DNA of 64,000 nucleotides from Balanoglossus misakiensis (lineage: Eukaryota; Animalia; Hemichordata), in contig CM082586.2 in NCBI GenBank assembly GCA_040954595.2, forward strand, positions 11,687,337 through 11,751,336. The letters run 5' to 3'. The notes beneath the pieces were generated by a model. It was not told the DNA's origin. It ran no database searches and saw only the letters and a program-made list of their open reading frames with translations. Of this stretch, positions 42,540-55,300 are shown one piece after another; position 1 is the stretch's first letter; the number at the start of each line of letters is the position of its first letter. Both the position numbers and the translations under genes were made by a program.

Positions 42540-43325
42540 TGTCCCATGTGCTTCCTGGCTAGCGTTGTGGTAACACATTATTCGGTTTGTCCGCAGATCG
42601 TTCATTGATTTTCTGAGAAATAGCCCTACTGATACTATCTCCAACATAAACCGCACCCTGGAAAGATTAAATGATCATTTAGATGGACTTTGAAAATCTG
42701 ATTTACTCATCTAAGCATTTTTGCTAACAGTTGTATATTTTTTTAATCACCCTCCTACTTCTCATCATCAATGTTATTATTGTTGTTATTACTATTTTAA
42801 AGTAAATTTGTTTTGACGAAGATGTTGTGATAAGGACCACGTTGTCCGTTTATACATTCCTATATTGTTTTCATAAAAATGGAACTATGACGGTGCAGCT
42901 TCGTGAAAGAAGTACAATAAAAGTTATCATACCTGCAAAGCAACTAATGAGGTATCCCAAAGAAATGCAATGCTATTCTAAACATTTCTATTGTAAGATA
43001 TTTTTGGTTTGCTCGAATGAATAGCACACACTTCGTATTCAGCCAGGTGTTACACGAAGTGATGAGCTGAAAGACATTACGTAACAAAACACTAGCCCAT
43101 TTCAACAAACCGCCACTGGAAATAAAATACTAAATTTCTCCTGGCAATTTTTATTTCGAGTATCTAGTTCACAGTATCACATAAAATGCCATGAATAGTG
43201 AAGGAAAAGGTGAAATCCAATCATTATATGAGTGCCTTTCTTTATACATTGGGATCGAGCTTCGACCACGCGCAGGCAGCATGCCAGACAGAATACGACA
43301 ACTGTATTCAGAAAGTACAAAAGAC

Positions 43326-43670
43326 TTTGCATAACGAGGCAGTGAAAACTGGAGACCTACACATTAACCAATCAGGGAGCTGAAAATTGAATAAATACAT
43401 ATTAATAAGACCTAACCTACAAGGTCCTGCATAATGAGGCAGTGAACACTGGAGGACCAGACCTACACATTAACCAATCAGGGAGCTGTAAAGCGAATAA
43501 TACATAGTAATAAGACCTAACCTACAAGGTCTAGTGAATAATACATAATAATAAGACCTAACACATAAGGTCCCTCCAATCAGCGTGCCGCAAGTGGACC
43601 TAAGATTACCAGATGGACCAATCACAGATGTCGGTACATATGTCATGGACCTGACTTATGAAACAGGACT
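43326..43670 (-). repeat. Right inverted arm of the DNA transposon
   Basis: Mirror of 42180-42539; contains TAATAAGACCTAACCTACAAGGTC twice and ends TGAAACAGGACT. Confidence 0.88.
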
Positions 43671-46600
43671 ACTAAAACCCCGGCACACTATGACAGACAC
43701 TAGCGTTCGTTAGCAACGTTGATCAAGTCAGATTTCCTACGGCATGGCTTGGCTAAAGCCCTGGCACTCTAGAGCAGAAACACGCGTACAGAGACCACGT
43801 TGATCTACTCACATTTCCTTCGGCCTGGCACGGCTGATGCCCCGGCACTATATATAGGACACAGACTGGCGTAAGTTAACAACGGTAATCACGTCGGGTT
43901 TCCTACGGCCTGGCTCAGCTGAAGCCCCGGCATTCTAGAGCAGAAACAGGCGTACATTGACCACGTTGATCAAGTCAGATTTCCTACGGCGTGACTCGGC
44001 TGGTGCACCGGCTCTATATGACACAGACTGGCGTAAGTTATCAACGGTGATTACGGCGGATGTCCTACGGCCTGGTTTAGCTGAAGCCCCGGCACTTTAG
44101 AGCGGAAACACGCGTACATTGACCACGATGATCAAGTCAGATCTCCTACGGCCTGGCCCGACTAAAACCCCGGCACACCATGACAGACACTAGCGTTCGT
44201 TAGCAACGGTGATCAAGTCGGATTTCCTTCGGCCTGGCTCTGCAAAAGACCCGACACTCTAGTACAAAGACGTTGGCTAAGTCGGGCAAACCGAAGAGGG
44301 AAAGTCACAGCGGGTCAACACTCGACATTTGTTCCGGTAGGACTGCATTATTGCCTGTCAATTTATAGAGAAAGCCCGAATTTTACCAGGGCGTTTCAAA
44401 CACCGACGTTAGTTGGGGGCACGGCCTGCAGTACTGCCGGGTAAGCTGACATCGGCGTACCGCATATAATGTGGGGGGGGGGGGGGGAACAGAACGGTTC
44501 AATACTACATTTATTAGATATCAGCTAATTTTAGACAATCATCTAAAATCTAAATCATTTTTTTCATATTTGGATATCTGATGATGTATTAAATTTCCAT
44601 TACATGTAAAAATGGTGCTGATTATAAAAAATGCATTCTGATTTAATACAAAATTGCGTTTTATTCGTTTTTGCACCAAAAAGGTCATTTTTAGGCAAAA
44701 CATTCTTTATTTTTTTAATTCGGTGACCTGATCATATATAAACAATTGCTTGTATGTTAAAAGTTTTTATGACTTTTAAAAGCAGTGACACTGGCGGCAT
44801 TCAACACGAAAATAACAATTTTAGCCACAATTTGGTCAAAATGGTAAATTTTTGAAAATTACAAAAATACCTGTTTTCTACATTTTCGGAAATCTGATGG
44901 AGTATAGAATGCTCTTCGTATATATATATCGATACAAATTCCACAAAAAAACGGCCAATTTGGCTCACTGCAGACAAAATTGCGTTTTACCAAATTTTCC
45001 TTGAAAATGTCATTTTTAGAAAAAAAAATAAAAAAACCTTTGTTCTTCGAATTTGGTGCCCTGATCATATATGACATGTTGATTATATGTTAAAACTTTA
45101 GACCACTCCAAAAATGCAGAGATATTGACGGAATTCAAGAAAAAATAGCCATTTTGGCCATATTTTGACAAAAATGGTAAATTTTTAAAATATCATAAAA
45201 AATTAACTCTTTTCTTCATTTTCGGAAATATAATGGAGCATGAAGTGTCGTTCTCTTGTAAAAAGTGCTGCAAATTCCAGAAAAGGCGGTATAATTTGAA
45301 TCACCCAAGACAAAATTACCATTTTCGACTTTTTTTCGAAAAATTGTCTTTTTTACAAAATAAATAAGAATAAATTCTTTTCTTAGTTTCAAACGGGTAG
45401 AGATACTTTCCACACGGGTTTTCTAACATTGAATTCCCATTCATCAACTCAGATTTCCTACAGCATAAGTCGGCTAAAACCCTGACACTCTAGAGCAGAA
45501 ACAGTTGCACACTGGTAACGTTGAACATGTCGATTTTTCTATGGCCTGGCTCGGCTAAATCTCCGTCACAATATGACAGACACTAGCGTACGTTAGCAAC
45601 GGTGATCAAGTCAGATTTTCTACGGCATGGCTTGGATAAAGCCCCGGCACTCTAGAGCAGAAACACGCGTACAGAGACCACGTTGATCAAGTCTGATCTC
45701 CTACGGCTTGGCTCGACTAAAACCCCGGCACACTATGACAGACACTAGCGTTCGTTAGCAACGTTGATCAAGTCAGATTTCCTACGGCATGGCTTGGCTA
45801 AAGCCCTGGCACTCTAGAGCAGAAACACGCGTACAGAGACCACGTTGATCTACTCACATTTCCTTCGGCCTGGCACGGCTGATGCCCCGGCACTATATAT
45901 AGGACACAGACTGGCGTAAGTTAACAACGGTAATCACGTCGGGTTTCCTACGGCCTGGCTCAGCTGAAGCCCCGGCACTCTAGAGCAGAAACAGGCGTAC
46001 ATTGAACACGTTGATCAAGTCAGATTTCCTACGGCGTGACTCGGCTGGTGCACCGGCTCTATATGACACAGACTGGCGTAAGTTATCAACGGTGATTACG
46101 TCGGATTTCCTACGGTCTGGTTTCGCTGAAGCCCCGGCACTTTAGAGCGGAAACACGCGTACATTGACCACGATGATCAAGTCAGATCTCCTACGGCCTG
46201 GCTCGACTAAAACCCCGGCACACCATGACAGACACTAGCGTTCGTTAGCAACGGTGATCAAGTCCGATTTCCTTCGGCCTGGCTCTGCAAAAGACCTGAC
46301 ACTCTAGTACAAAGACGTTGGCTAAGTCGGGCAAACCGAAGATGGTAAGTCACAGCGGGTCAACACTCGAAATTTGTTCGGGTAGGACTGCATTATTGCC
46401 TGTCAATTTATAGAGAAAGCCCGAATTTAGCCAGGGCGTTCCAAACACCGACGTTAGTTGGAGGCACGGCCTGCAGTACTGCCGGGTAAGCTGACATCGG
46501 CGTACCGCATATAATGTAAGGGGGGGGGGGCAAACAGAACGGTTCAATACTACATTTATTAGATATCAGCTAATTTTGGACAATCATCTAAAATCTAAAT

Positions 46601-49599
46601 CATTTTTTCATATTTGGATATCTAATGATGTATGAAATTTCAATTATATGTAAAAATGGTGCTGATTATAAAAAATGCACTCTGAATGAGCTGATTTAAT
46701 ACAAAATTACGTTTTATTCGTTTTTGCACCTAAAAGGTCATTTTTAGGCAAAACATTCTTTATTTTTTTAATTCGGTGACCTGATCATATATCAAGAATT
46801 GCTTGTATGTTAAAAGTTTTTATGACTTTTAAAAGCAGTGACACTTGCGGCATTCAACACGAAAATAACAATTTTAGCACAATTTGGTCAAAATGGAAAA
46901 TTTTTGAAAATTACAAAAAATACCTGTTTTCTACATTTTCGGAAATCTGATGGAGTATAGAATGCTCTTCGTATGTATATATCGATACAAATTCCAAAAA
47001 AAAGACAGTCTGATATGGCTCACTGCAGACAAAATTGCGTTTTACCAAATTTTCCTTGAAAATGTCATTTTTAGAAAAAAAAATAAAAAAAACCTTTGTT
47101 CTTCGAATTTGGTGCCCTGATCATATATAACATGTTGATTGTATGTTAAGACTCTCGACAACTCCAAAAATGCAGAGATATTGACGGAATTCAAGACAAA
47201 ATAGCCATTTTGGCCATATTTTGACAAAAATGGTAAATTTTTAAAAAATCATAAAAAATAAACTCTTTTCTTCATTTTCGGAAATATTATGGAGCATGAA
47301 GTGTCGTTCTCTTGTAAAAAGTGCTGCAAATTCCAGAAAAGGTGGAATAATTTGAATCACCCAAGACAAAATTACCATTTTCGACTTTTTTTCGAAAAAT
47401 TGTCTTTTTTACAAAATAAATAAGAATAAATTCTTTTCTTAGTTTCAAACGGGTAGAGATACTTTCCACACGGGTTTTCTAACATTGAATTCCCGTTCAT
47501 CAACTCAGATTTCCTACAGCATAAGTCGGCTAAAACCCTGACACTCTAGAGCAGAAACAGTTGCACACTGGTAACGTTGAACGAGTCGATTTTTCTACGG
47601 CCTGGCTCGGCTAAATCTCCGTCACAATATTACAGACACTAGCGTACGTTAGCAACGGTGATTAAGTCAGATTTTCTACGGCATGGCTTGGATAAAGCCC
47701 CGACACTCTAGAGCAGAAACACGCGTACAGAGACCACGTTGATCTACTCACATTTCCTTCGGCCTGGCACGGCTGATGCCCCGCACTATATATAGGACAC
47801 AGACTGGCGTAAGTTAACAACGGTAATCACGTCGGGTTTCCTACGGCCTATCTCAGCTGAAGCCCCGGCACTCTAGAGCAGAAACAGGCGTACATTGACC
47901 ACGTTGATCAAGTCAGATTTCCTACGGCGTGACTCGGCTTGTGCACCGGCTCTATATGACACAGACTGGCGTAAGTTATCACCGGTGATTACGTCGGATT
48001 TCCTACGGTCTGGTTTAGCTGAAGCCCCGGCACTTTAGAGCGGAAACACGCGTACATTGACCACGATGATCAAGTCAGATCTCCTACGGCCTGGCTCGAC
48101 TAAAACCCCGGCACACCATGACAGACACTAGCGTTCGTTAGCAACGGCGATCAAGTCGGATTTCCTTCGGCCTGGCTCTGCAAAAGAACTGACACTCTAG
48201 TGCAAAGACGTTGGCTAAGTCGGGCAAACCGAAGAGGGTAAGTCACAGCGGGTCAACACTCGACATTTGTTCGGGTAGGACTGCATTATTGCCTGTCAAT
48301 TTATAGAGAAAGCCCGAATTTAACCAGGGCGTTCCAAACACCGACGTTAGTTGGGGGCACGGCCTGCAGTACTGCCGGGTAAGCTGACATCGGCGTACCG
48401 CATATAATGTAGGGGGGGGGGGTGGGGCAAACAGAACGGTTCAATACTACATTTATTAGATATCAGCTAATTTTGGACAATCATCTAAAATCTAAATCAT
48501 TTTTTCATATTTGGATATCTGATGATGTATGAAATTTCCATTATATGTAAACATGGTGCTGATTATAAAAAATGCACTCTGAATGAGCTGATTTAATACA
48601 AAATTGCGTTTTATTCGTTTTTGCACCAAAAAGGTCATTTTTAGGCAAAACATTCTTTATTTTATTAATTCGGTGACCTGATCATATATAAACAATTGCT
48701 TGTATGTTAAAAGTTTTATGACTTTTAAAAGCAGTGACACTGGCGGCATTCAACACGAAAATAACAATTTTAGCCACAATTTGGTCAAAATGGTAAATTT
48801 TTGAAAATTACAAAAAATACCTGTTTTCTACATTTTCGGAAATCTGATGGAGTATAGAATGCTCTTCGTATGTATATATCGATACAAATTCCACAAAAGA
48901 CCGTCTAATTTGGCTCACTGCAGACAAAATTGCGTTTTACCAAATTTTCCTTGAAAATGTCATTTTTAGAAAAAAAAATAAAAACACCTTTGTCCTTCGA
49001 ATTTGGTGCCTTGATCATATATGACATGTTGATTGTATGTTAAAACTTTCGACCACTCCAAAAATGCAGAGATATTGACGGAATTCAAGAAAAAATAGCC
49101 ATTTTGGCCATATTTTGACAAAAATGGTAAATTTTTAAAAAATCATAAAAAATTAACTCTTTTCTTCATTTTCGGAAATATTATGGAGCATGAAGTGTCG
49201 GTCTCTTGCAAAAAGTGCTGCAAATTCCAGAAAAGGCGGTATAATTTGAATCACCCAAGACAAAATTACCATTTTCGACTTTTTTCGAAAAATTGTCTTT
49301 TTTACAAAATAAATAAGAATAAATTCTTTTCTTAGTTTCAAACGGATAGAGATACTTTCCACACGGGTTTTCTAACATTGAATTCCCGTTCATCAACTCA
49401 GATTTCCTACAGCATAAGTCGGCTAAAACCCTGACACTCTAGAGCAGAAACAGTTGCACACTGGTAACGTTGAACAAGTCGATTTTTCTACGGCCTGGCT
49501 CGGCTAAATCTCCGTCACAATATGACAGACACTAGCGTACGTTAGCAACGGTGATCAAGTCAGATTTTCTACGGCATAGCTTGGCTAAAGCCCTGGCAC

Positions 49600-52500
49600 T
49601 CAAGAGCAGAAACACGCGTACAGAGACCACGTTGATCTACTCACATTTCCTTCGGCCTGGCACGGCTGATGCCCCGGCACTCTAGAGCAGAAACAGGCGT
49701 ACATTGACCACGTTGATCAAGTCAGATTTCCTACGGCGTGACTCGGCTGGTGCACCGGCTCTATATGACACAGACTGGCGTAAGTTATCAACGGTGATTA
49801 CGTCGGATTTCCTACGGCCTGGTTTAGCTGAAGCACCGGCACTTTAGAGCGGAAACACGCGTACATTGACCACGATGATCAAGTCAGATCTCCTACGGCC
49901 TGGCTCAACTAAAACCCCGGCACACCATGACAGACACTAGCGTTCGTTAGCAACGGTGATCAAGTCGGATTTCCTTCGGCCTGGCTCTGCAAAAGACCCG
50001 ACACTCTAGTACAAAGACGTTGGCTAAGTCGGGCAAACCGAAGAGGGAAAGTCACAGCGGGTCAACACTCGACATTTGTTCGGGTAGGACTGCATTATTG
50101 CCTGTCAATTTATAGAGAAAGCTCGAATTTAACCAGGGCGTTTCAAACACCGACGTTAGTTGGGGGCACGGCCTGCAGTACTGCCGGGTAAGCTGACATC
50201 GGCGTACCGCATGTAATGTAGGGGGGGGGGGGAAACAGAACGGTTCAATACTACATTTATCAGATATCAGCTAATTTTGGACAATCATCTCAAATATATC
50301 TAATTCATTTTTTCATATTTGGATATCTGATGATGTATGAAATTTCCATTATATGTAAAAATGGTGCTGATTATAAAAAATGCACTCTGAATGAGCTGAT
50401 TTAATACAAAATTGCGTTTTATTCGTTTTTGCACCAAAAAGGTCATTTTTAGGGAAAACATTCTTTATTTTTTTAATTCGGTGACCTGATCATATATAAA
50501 CAATTGCTTGTATGTTAAAAGTTTTTATGACTTTAAAAAGCAGTGACACTGGCGGCATTCAACACGAAAATAACAATTTTAGCCACAATTTGGTCAAAAT
50601 GGTAATTTTTTGAAAATTACAAAAAATACCTGTTTTCTACATTTTCGGAAATCTGATGGAGTATAGAATGCTCTTCGTATATATATATCGATACAAATTC
50701 CACAAAAAAAACGGCCAATTTGGCTCACTGCAGACAAAATTGCGTTTTAGCAAATTTTCCTTGAAAATGTCATTTTTAGAAAAAAAAATAAAAAAACCTT
50801 TGTTCTTCGAATTTGGTGCCCTGATCATATATGACATGTTGATTGTATGTTAAAACTCTCGACCACTCCAAAAATGCAGAGATATTGACGGAATTCAAGA
50901 AAAATAGCCATTTTGGCCATATTTTGACAAAAATGGTAAATTTTTAAAAAATCATAAAAAATTAACTCTTTTCTTCATTTTCGGAAATATTATGGAGCAT
51001 GAAGTGTCGTTCTCTTGTAAAAAGTGCTGCAAATTCCAGAAAAGGCGGTATAATTTGAATCAACCAAGACAAAATTACCATTATCGACTTTTTTTCGAAA
51101 AATTGTCTTTTTTACAAAATAAATAAGAATAAATTCTTTTCTTAGTTTCAAACGGGTAGAGATACTTTCCACACGGGTTTTCTAACATTGAATTCCCGTG
51201 CATCAACTCAGATTTCCTACAGCATAAGTCGGCTAAAACCCTGACACTCTAGAGCAGAAACAGTTGCACACTGGTAACGTTGAACAAGTCGATTTTTCTA
51301 CGGCCTGGCTCGGCTAAATCTCCGTCACAATATGACAGACACTAGCGTACGTTAGCAACGGTGATCAAGTCAGATTTTCTACGGCATGGCTTGGATAAAG
51401 CCCCGGCACTCTAGAGCAGAAACACGCGTACAGAGACCACGTTGATCAAGTCTGAACTCCTACGGCTTGGCTCGACTAAAACCCCGGCACACTATGACAG
51501 ACACTAGCGTTCGTTAGCAACGTTGATCAAGTCAGATTTCCTACGGCATGGCTTGGCTAAAGCCCTGGCACTCTAGAGCAGAAACACGCGTACAGAGACC
51601 ACGTTGATCTACTCACATTTCCTTCGGCCTGGCACGGCTGATGCCCCGGCACTCTAGAGCAGAAACAGGCGTACATTGACCACGTTGATCAAGTCAGATT
51701 TCCTACGGCGTGACTCGGCTGGTGCACCGGCTCTATATGACACAGACTGGCGTAAGTTATCAACGGTGATTACGTCGGATTTCCTACGGCCTGGTTTAGC
51801 TGAAGCACCGGCACTTTAGAGCGGAAACACGCGTACATTGACCACGATGATCAAGTCAGATCTCCTACGGCCTGGCTCAACTAAAACCCCGGCACACCAT
51901 GACAGACACTAGCGTTCGTTAGCAACGGTGATCAAGTCGGATTTCCTTCGGCCTGGCTCTGCAAAAGACCCGACACTCTAGTACAAAGACGTTGGCTAAG
52001 TCGGGCAAACCGAAGAGGGAAAGTCACAGCGGGTCAACACTCGACATTTGTTCGGGTAGGACTGCATTATTGCCTGTCAATTTATAGAGAAAGCTCGAAT
52101 TTAACCAGGGCGTTTCAAACACCGACGTTAGTTGGGGGCACGGCCTTCAGTACTGCCGGGTAAGCTGACATCGGCGTACCGCATGTAATGTAGGGGGGGG
52201 GGGGAAACAGAACGGTTCAATACTACATTTATCAGATATCAGCTAATTTTGGACAATCATCTTAAATATATCTAATTCATTTTTTCATATTTGGATATCT
52301 GATGATGTATGAAATTTCCATTATATGTAAAAATGGTGCTGATTATAAAAAATGCACTCTGAATGAGCTGATTTAATACAAAATTGCGTTTTATTCGTTT
52401 TTGCACCAAAAAGGTCATTTTTAGGGAAAACATTCTTTATTTTTTTAATTCGGTGACCTGATCATATATAAACAATTGCTTGTATGTTAAAAGTTTTTAT

Positions 52501-53600
52501 GACTTTAAAAAGCAGTGACACTGGCGGCATTCAACACGAAAATAACAATTTTAGCCACAATTTGGTCAAAATGGTAAATTTTTGAAAATTACAAAAAATA
52601 CCTGTTTTCTACATTTTCGGAAATCTGATGGAGTATAGAATGCTCTTCGTATATATATATCGATACAAATTCCACAAAAAAAACGGCCAATTTGGCTCAC
52701 TGCAGACAAAATTGCGTTTTAGCAAATTTTCCTTGAAAATGTCATTTTTAGAAAAAAAAATAAAAAAACCTTTGTTCTTCGAATTTGGTGCCCTGATCAT
52801 ATATGACATGTTGATTGTATGTTAAAACTCTCGACCACTCCAAAAATGCAGAGATATTGACGGAATTCAAGAAAAATAGCCATTTTGGCCATATTTTGAC
52901 AAAAATGGTAAATTTTTAAAAAATCATAAAAAATTAACTCTTTTCTTCATTTTCGGAAATATTATGGAGCATGAAGTGTCGTTCTCTTGTAAAAAGTGCT
53001 GCAAATTCCAGAAAAGGCGGTATAATTTGAATCACCCAAGACAAAATTACCATTATCGACTTTTTTTCGAAAAATTGTCTTTTTTACAAAATAAATAAGA
53101 ATAAATTCTTTTCTTAGTTTCAAACGGGTAGAGATACTTTCCACACGGGTTTTCTAACATTGAATTCCCGTGCATCAACTCAGATTTCCTACAGCATAAG
53201 TCGGCTAAAACCCTGACACTCTAGAGCAGAAACAGTTGCACACTGGTAACGTTGAACAAGTCGATTTTTCTACGGCCTGGCTCGGCTAAATCTCCGTCAC
53301 AATATGACAGACACTAGCGTACGTTAGCAACGGTGATCAAGTCAGATTTTCTACGGCATGGCTTGGATAAAGCCCCGGCACTCTAGAGCAGAAACACGCG
53401 TACAGAGACCACGTTGATCAAGTCTGAACTCCTACGGCTTGGCTCGACTAAAACCCCGGCACACTATGACAGACACTAGCGTTCGTTAGCAACGTTGATC
53501 AAGTCAGATTTCCTACGGCATGGCTTGGCTAAAGCCCTGGCACTCTAGAGCAGAAACACGCGTACAGAGACCACGTTGATCTACTCACATTTCCTTCGGC
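49600..53600. repeat. Single-unit tandem duplication, period 1972 bp
   Basis: ORF pairs 50637/52609, 50656/52628, 50990/52962. Shared AATATATCTAATTC variant, TTTAGCAAATT and CCATTATCGAC. Boundaries approximate. Confidence 0.82.
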
Positions 53601-53812
53601 CTGGCACGGCTCATGCCCCGGCACTATATATAGGACACAGACTGGCGTAAGTTAACAACGGTAATCACGTCGGGTTTACTACGGCCTGGCTCAGCTGAAG
53701 CCCCGGCATTCTAGAGCAGAAACAGGCGTACATTGACCACGTTGATCAAGTCAGATTTCCTACGGCGTGACTCGGCTGGTGCACCGGCTCTATATGACAC
53801 AGACTGGCGTAA

Positions 53813-53844
53813 TTTTTTTTCTTTTCTTTTTTTTATCTTTTATT
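53813..53844 (-). terminator. Polyadenylation signal and A-rich tail of the retrotransposon
   Basis: On the minus strand AATAAA (53839-53844) is followed by an interrupted A-rich tail ending at the TSD; only ~55 nt separate it from the ORF2 stop. Confidence 0.8.
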
Positions 53845-53899
53845 AAAAAAACTTTCAGTGTTACATTAACATATCAAAAAAAAGAAACCAACCGAAAAC

Positions 53900-55300
53900 T
53901 CACATCATAGATATAATAGCTTCAAAAATTCTTGCACTTTCTGAATTATTGCATATTTCCTTGTATACCTTGTATCTCAATATGAATTCGTATTTTACTA
54001 GCACCATTAAAGGTGCTCTGGTTTCACTTAGCCAGTATTTATGTATACTCCATTTGCAAACTAAAATCAATAAATTTACAATATTTTCTTCAGATTTCGA
54101 AAGCATAACACTTCTAATGCAATTGAAAATTATATGAGCGCTTTGTAAAACAAAATCTTTACAAAAAAGTTGCCGAATTATGCGCTCGATTTTTGCCCAA
54201 AGTGATGTGGCTATAGTACAACGCACGTACTTGTGCTCAAGAGACTCTGGTATCTTACTAAGTTCACAATCCACACTGCTGCTCTTATTCCAATAAAACA
54301 AATACTTATTACATGGCAACAACCTGTGTAAAAGTTTCCATTGAAATTCCCGCAACTTTGTTTCCTTAGTTATTGCGTGTATGTTCTTCCAGACCGTTTC
54401 ACTTTCTTTTGTAGTCTGGTTTGGTACCTCCAGCAATGTGTACCATTTGTTAAGTTTATCCACTTTTGGACTCCTTTGTGGAATGTTCGCATAAATGGCT
54501 TTACACGTAACGTTATTGATGGAAATCCAGTGTTTTCCATCCCAAATACCGTATTTACAATTTTTCATGGATTTGTAGAAAAAGTTAAACTTGCTACACC
54601 ATTTCAAAATTACATTTCTGTTTCCTTTGATGTTTTCACTTGCACTGTACCACGCATTTAAAACCTTGACGTAAAATTCAGGGATCGCAGACTCTAAAGC
54701 CTTTGGTAGTGATTCCCAGAAAATGTTGTGCTGAATAAGATTACATGACTGAAGGTCATCCATTTGTAAATAATGCCATGGTATAGCAGACCAAGTGTTG
54801 CCTTTACACAAGACCAGTCTCTTGACCCATACTGCATAAAGAGAATCAATTTGCTTGTCTAAGTTGACACATCTGATGCCACCTTTGTCATAATCACTCT
54901 GAAGTATTACATTGCTTATATTTCGTTTTCTTCTTATAAAACCATCAATTAGCTTTCGAACAACACACTTAATGCCTTCAGGTATTCCAATCACTGATGT
55001 CAAAAACAAAATCTGTGAAATTGCAAAAACCTTCGTAATCATCACTCTCCCATAAAACGTAAGCCTTCTCCTTTCCCACATTTGTAGCACCTTTTTCAGT
55101 TTATCAATCTTAGGCTCCCAGTTAAGTTTGTTACATTTCTCAGTGTCATAGCCAAAATACACACCAAGCGTTTTGATGGGCTCATTTGTCCATTCAACAT
55201 TTCCCATTTTCTTTTCACTATTTCTGTTTTTTCCAACCCACATTGCCTTCGTTTTCTTGTTGCTCATTTTTAAACCACCACACTGATGAAAATCATCCAT
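53900..55300 (-). CDS. ORF2 fragment 3: RT thumb and C-terminal region with degenerate zinc-binding motif
   Basis: GLKMSNKKTK, IKTLGVYFG, RLTFYGRV, DKGGIR, LREFQWKLLHRLL, CELSKIPESLEHKYVRC. Confidence 0.85.
   Translation of the reverse strand: MDDFHQCGGLKMSNKKTKAMWVGKNRNSEKKMGNVEWTNEPIKTLGVYFGYDTEKCNKLNWEPKIDKLKKVLQMWERRRLTFYGRVMITKVFAISQILFLTSVIGIPEGIKCVVRKLIDGFIRRKRNISNVILQSDYDKGGIRCVNLDKQIDSLYAVWVKRLVLCKGNTWSAIPWHYLQMDDLQSCNLIQHNIFWESLPKALESAIPEFYVKVLNAWYSASENIKGNRNVILKWCSKFNFFYKSMKNCKYGIWDGKHWISINNVTCKAIYANIPQRSPKVDKLNKWYTLLEVPNQTTKESETVWKNIHAITKETKLREFQWKLLHRLLPCNKYLFYWNKSSSVDCELSKIPESLEHKYVRCTIATSLWAKIERIIRQLFCKDFVLQSAHIIFNCIRSVMLSKSEENIVNLLILVCKWSIHKYWLSETRAPLMVLVKYEFILRYKVYKEICNNSESARIFEAIISMM

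Larger units (their letters stand above)
42180..43670. mobile_element. Non-autonomous DNA transposon (MITE/foldback-like), 1,491 bp, 3-bp TSD ACT; superfamily uncertain (PIF/Harbinger-like)
   Basis: Interrupts the satellite motif GGCTCG-ACT-AAAACCCC. Ends AGTCCTGTTTCA...TGAAACAGGACT form a perfect 12-bp inverted repeat, with ACT on both sides (42177-42179, 43671-43673). Long imperfect inverted arms; no transposase-like ORF. Confidence 0.92.
35550..44300. repeat. Two-unit higher-order repeat, period ~3920 bp; the second copy carries the DNA transposon
   Basis: ORF pairs 35730/39652 and 37772/41692. Shared variants GAAGTGCAGC, AGAATGGTTC, ACGTTTAT, TTACGGCGGATGTCC, GGCCTGGCCCGACT. Boundaries approximate. 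Confidence 0.8.

Noticed and set aside
42088-43383. 149-aa ORF and smaller ORFs overlapping the DNA transposon
   Set aside because: The long ORF starts in satellite DNA and reads through the repetitive arm. None shows DDE transposase or Myb/SANT-like features.
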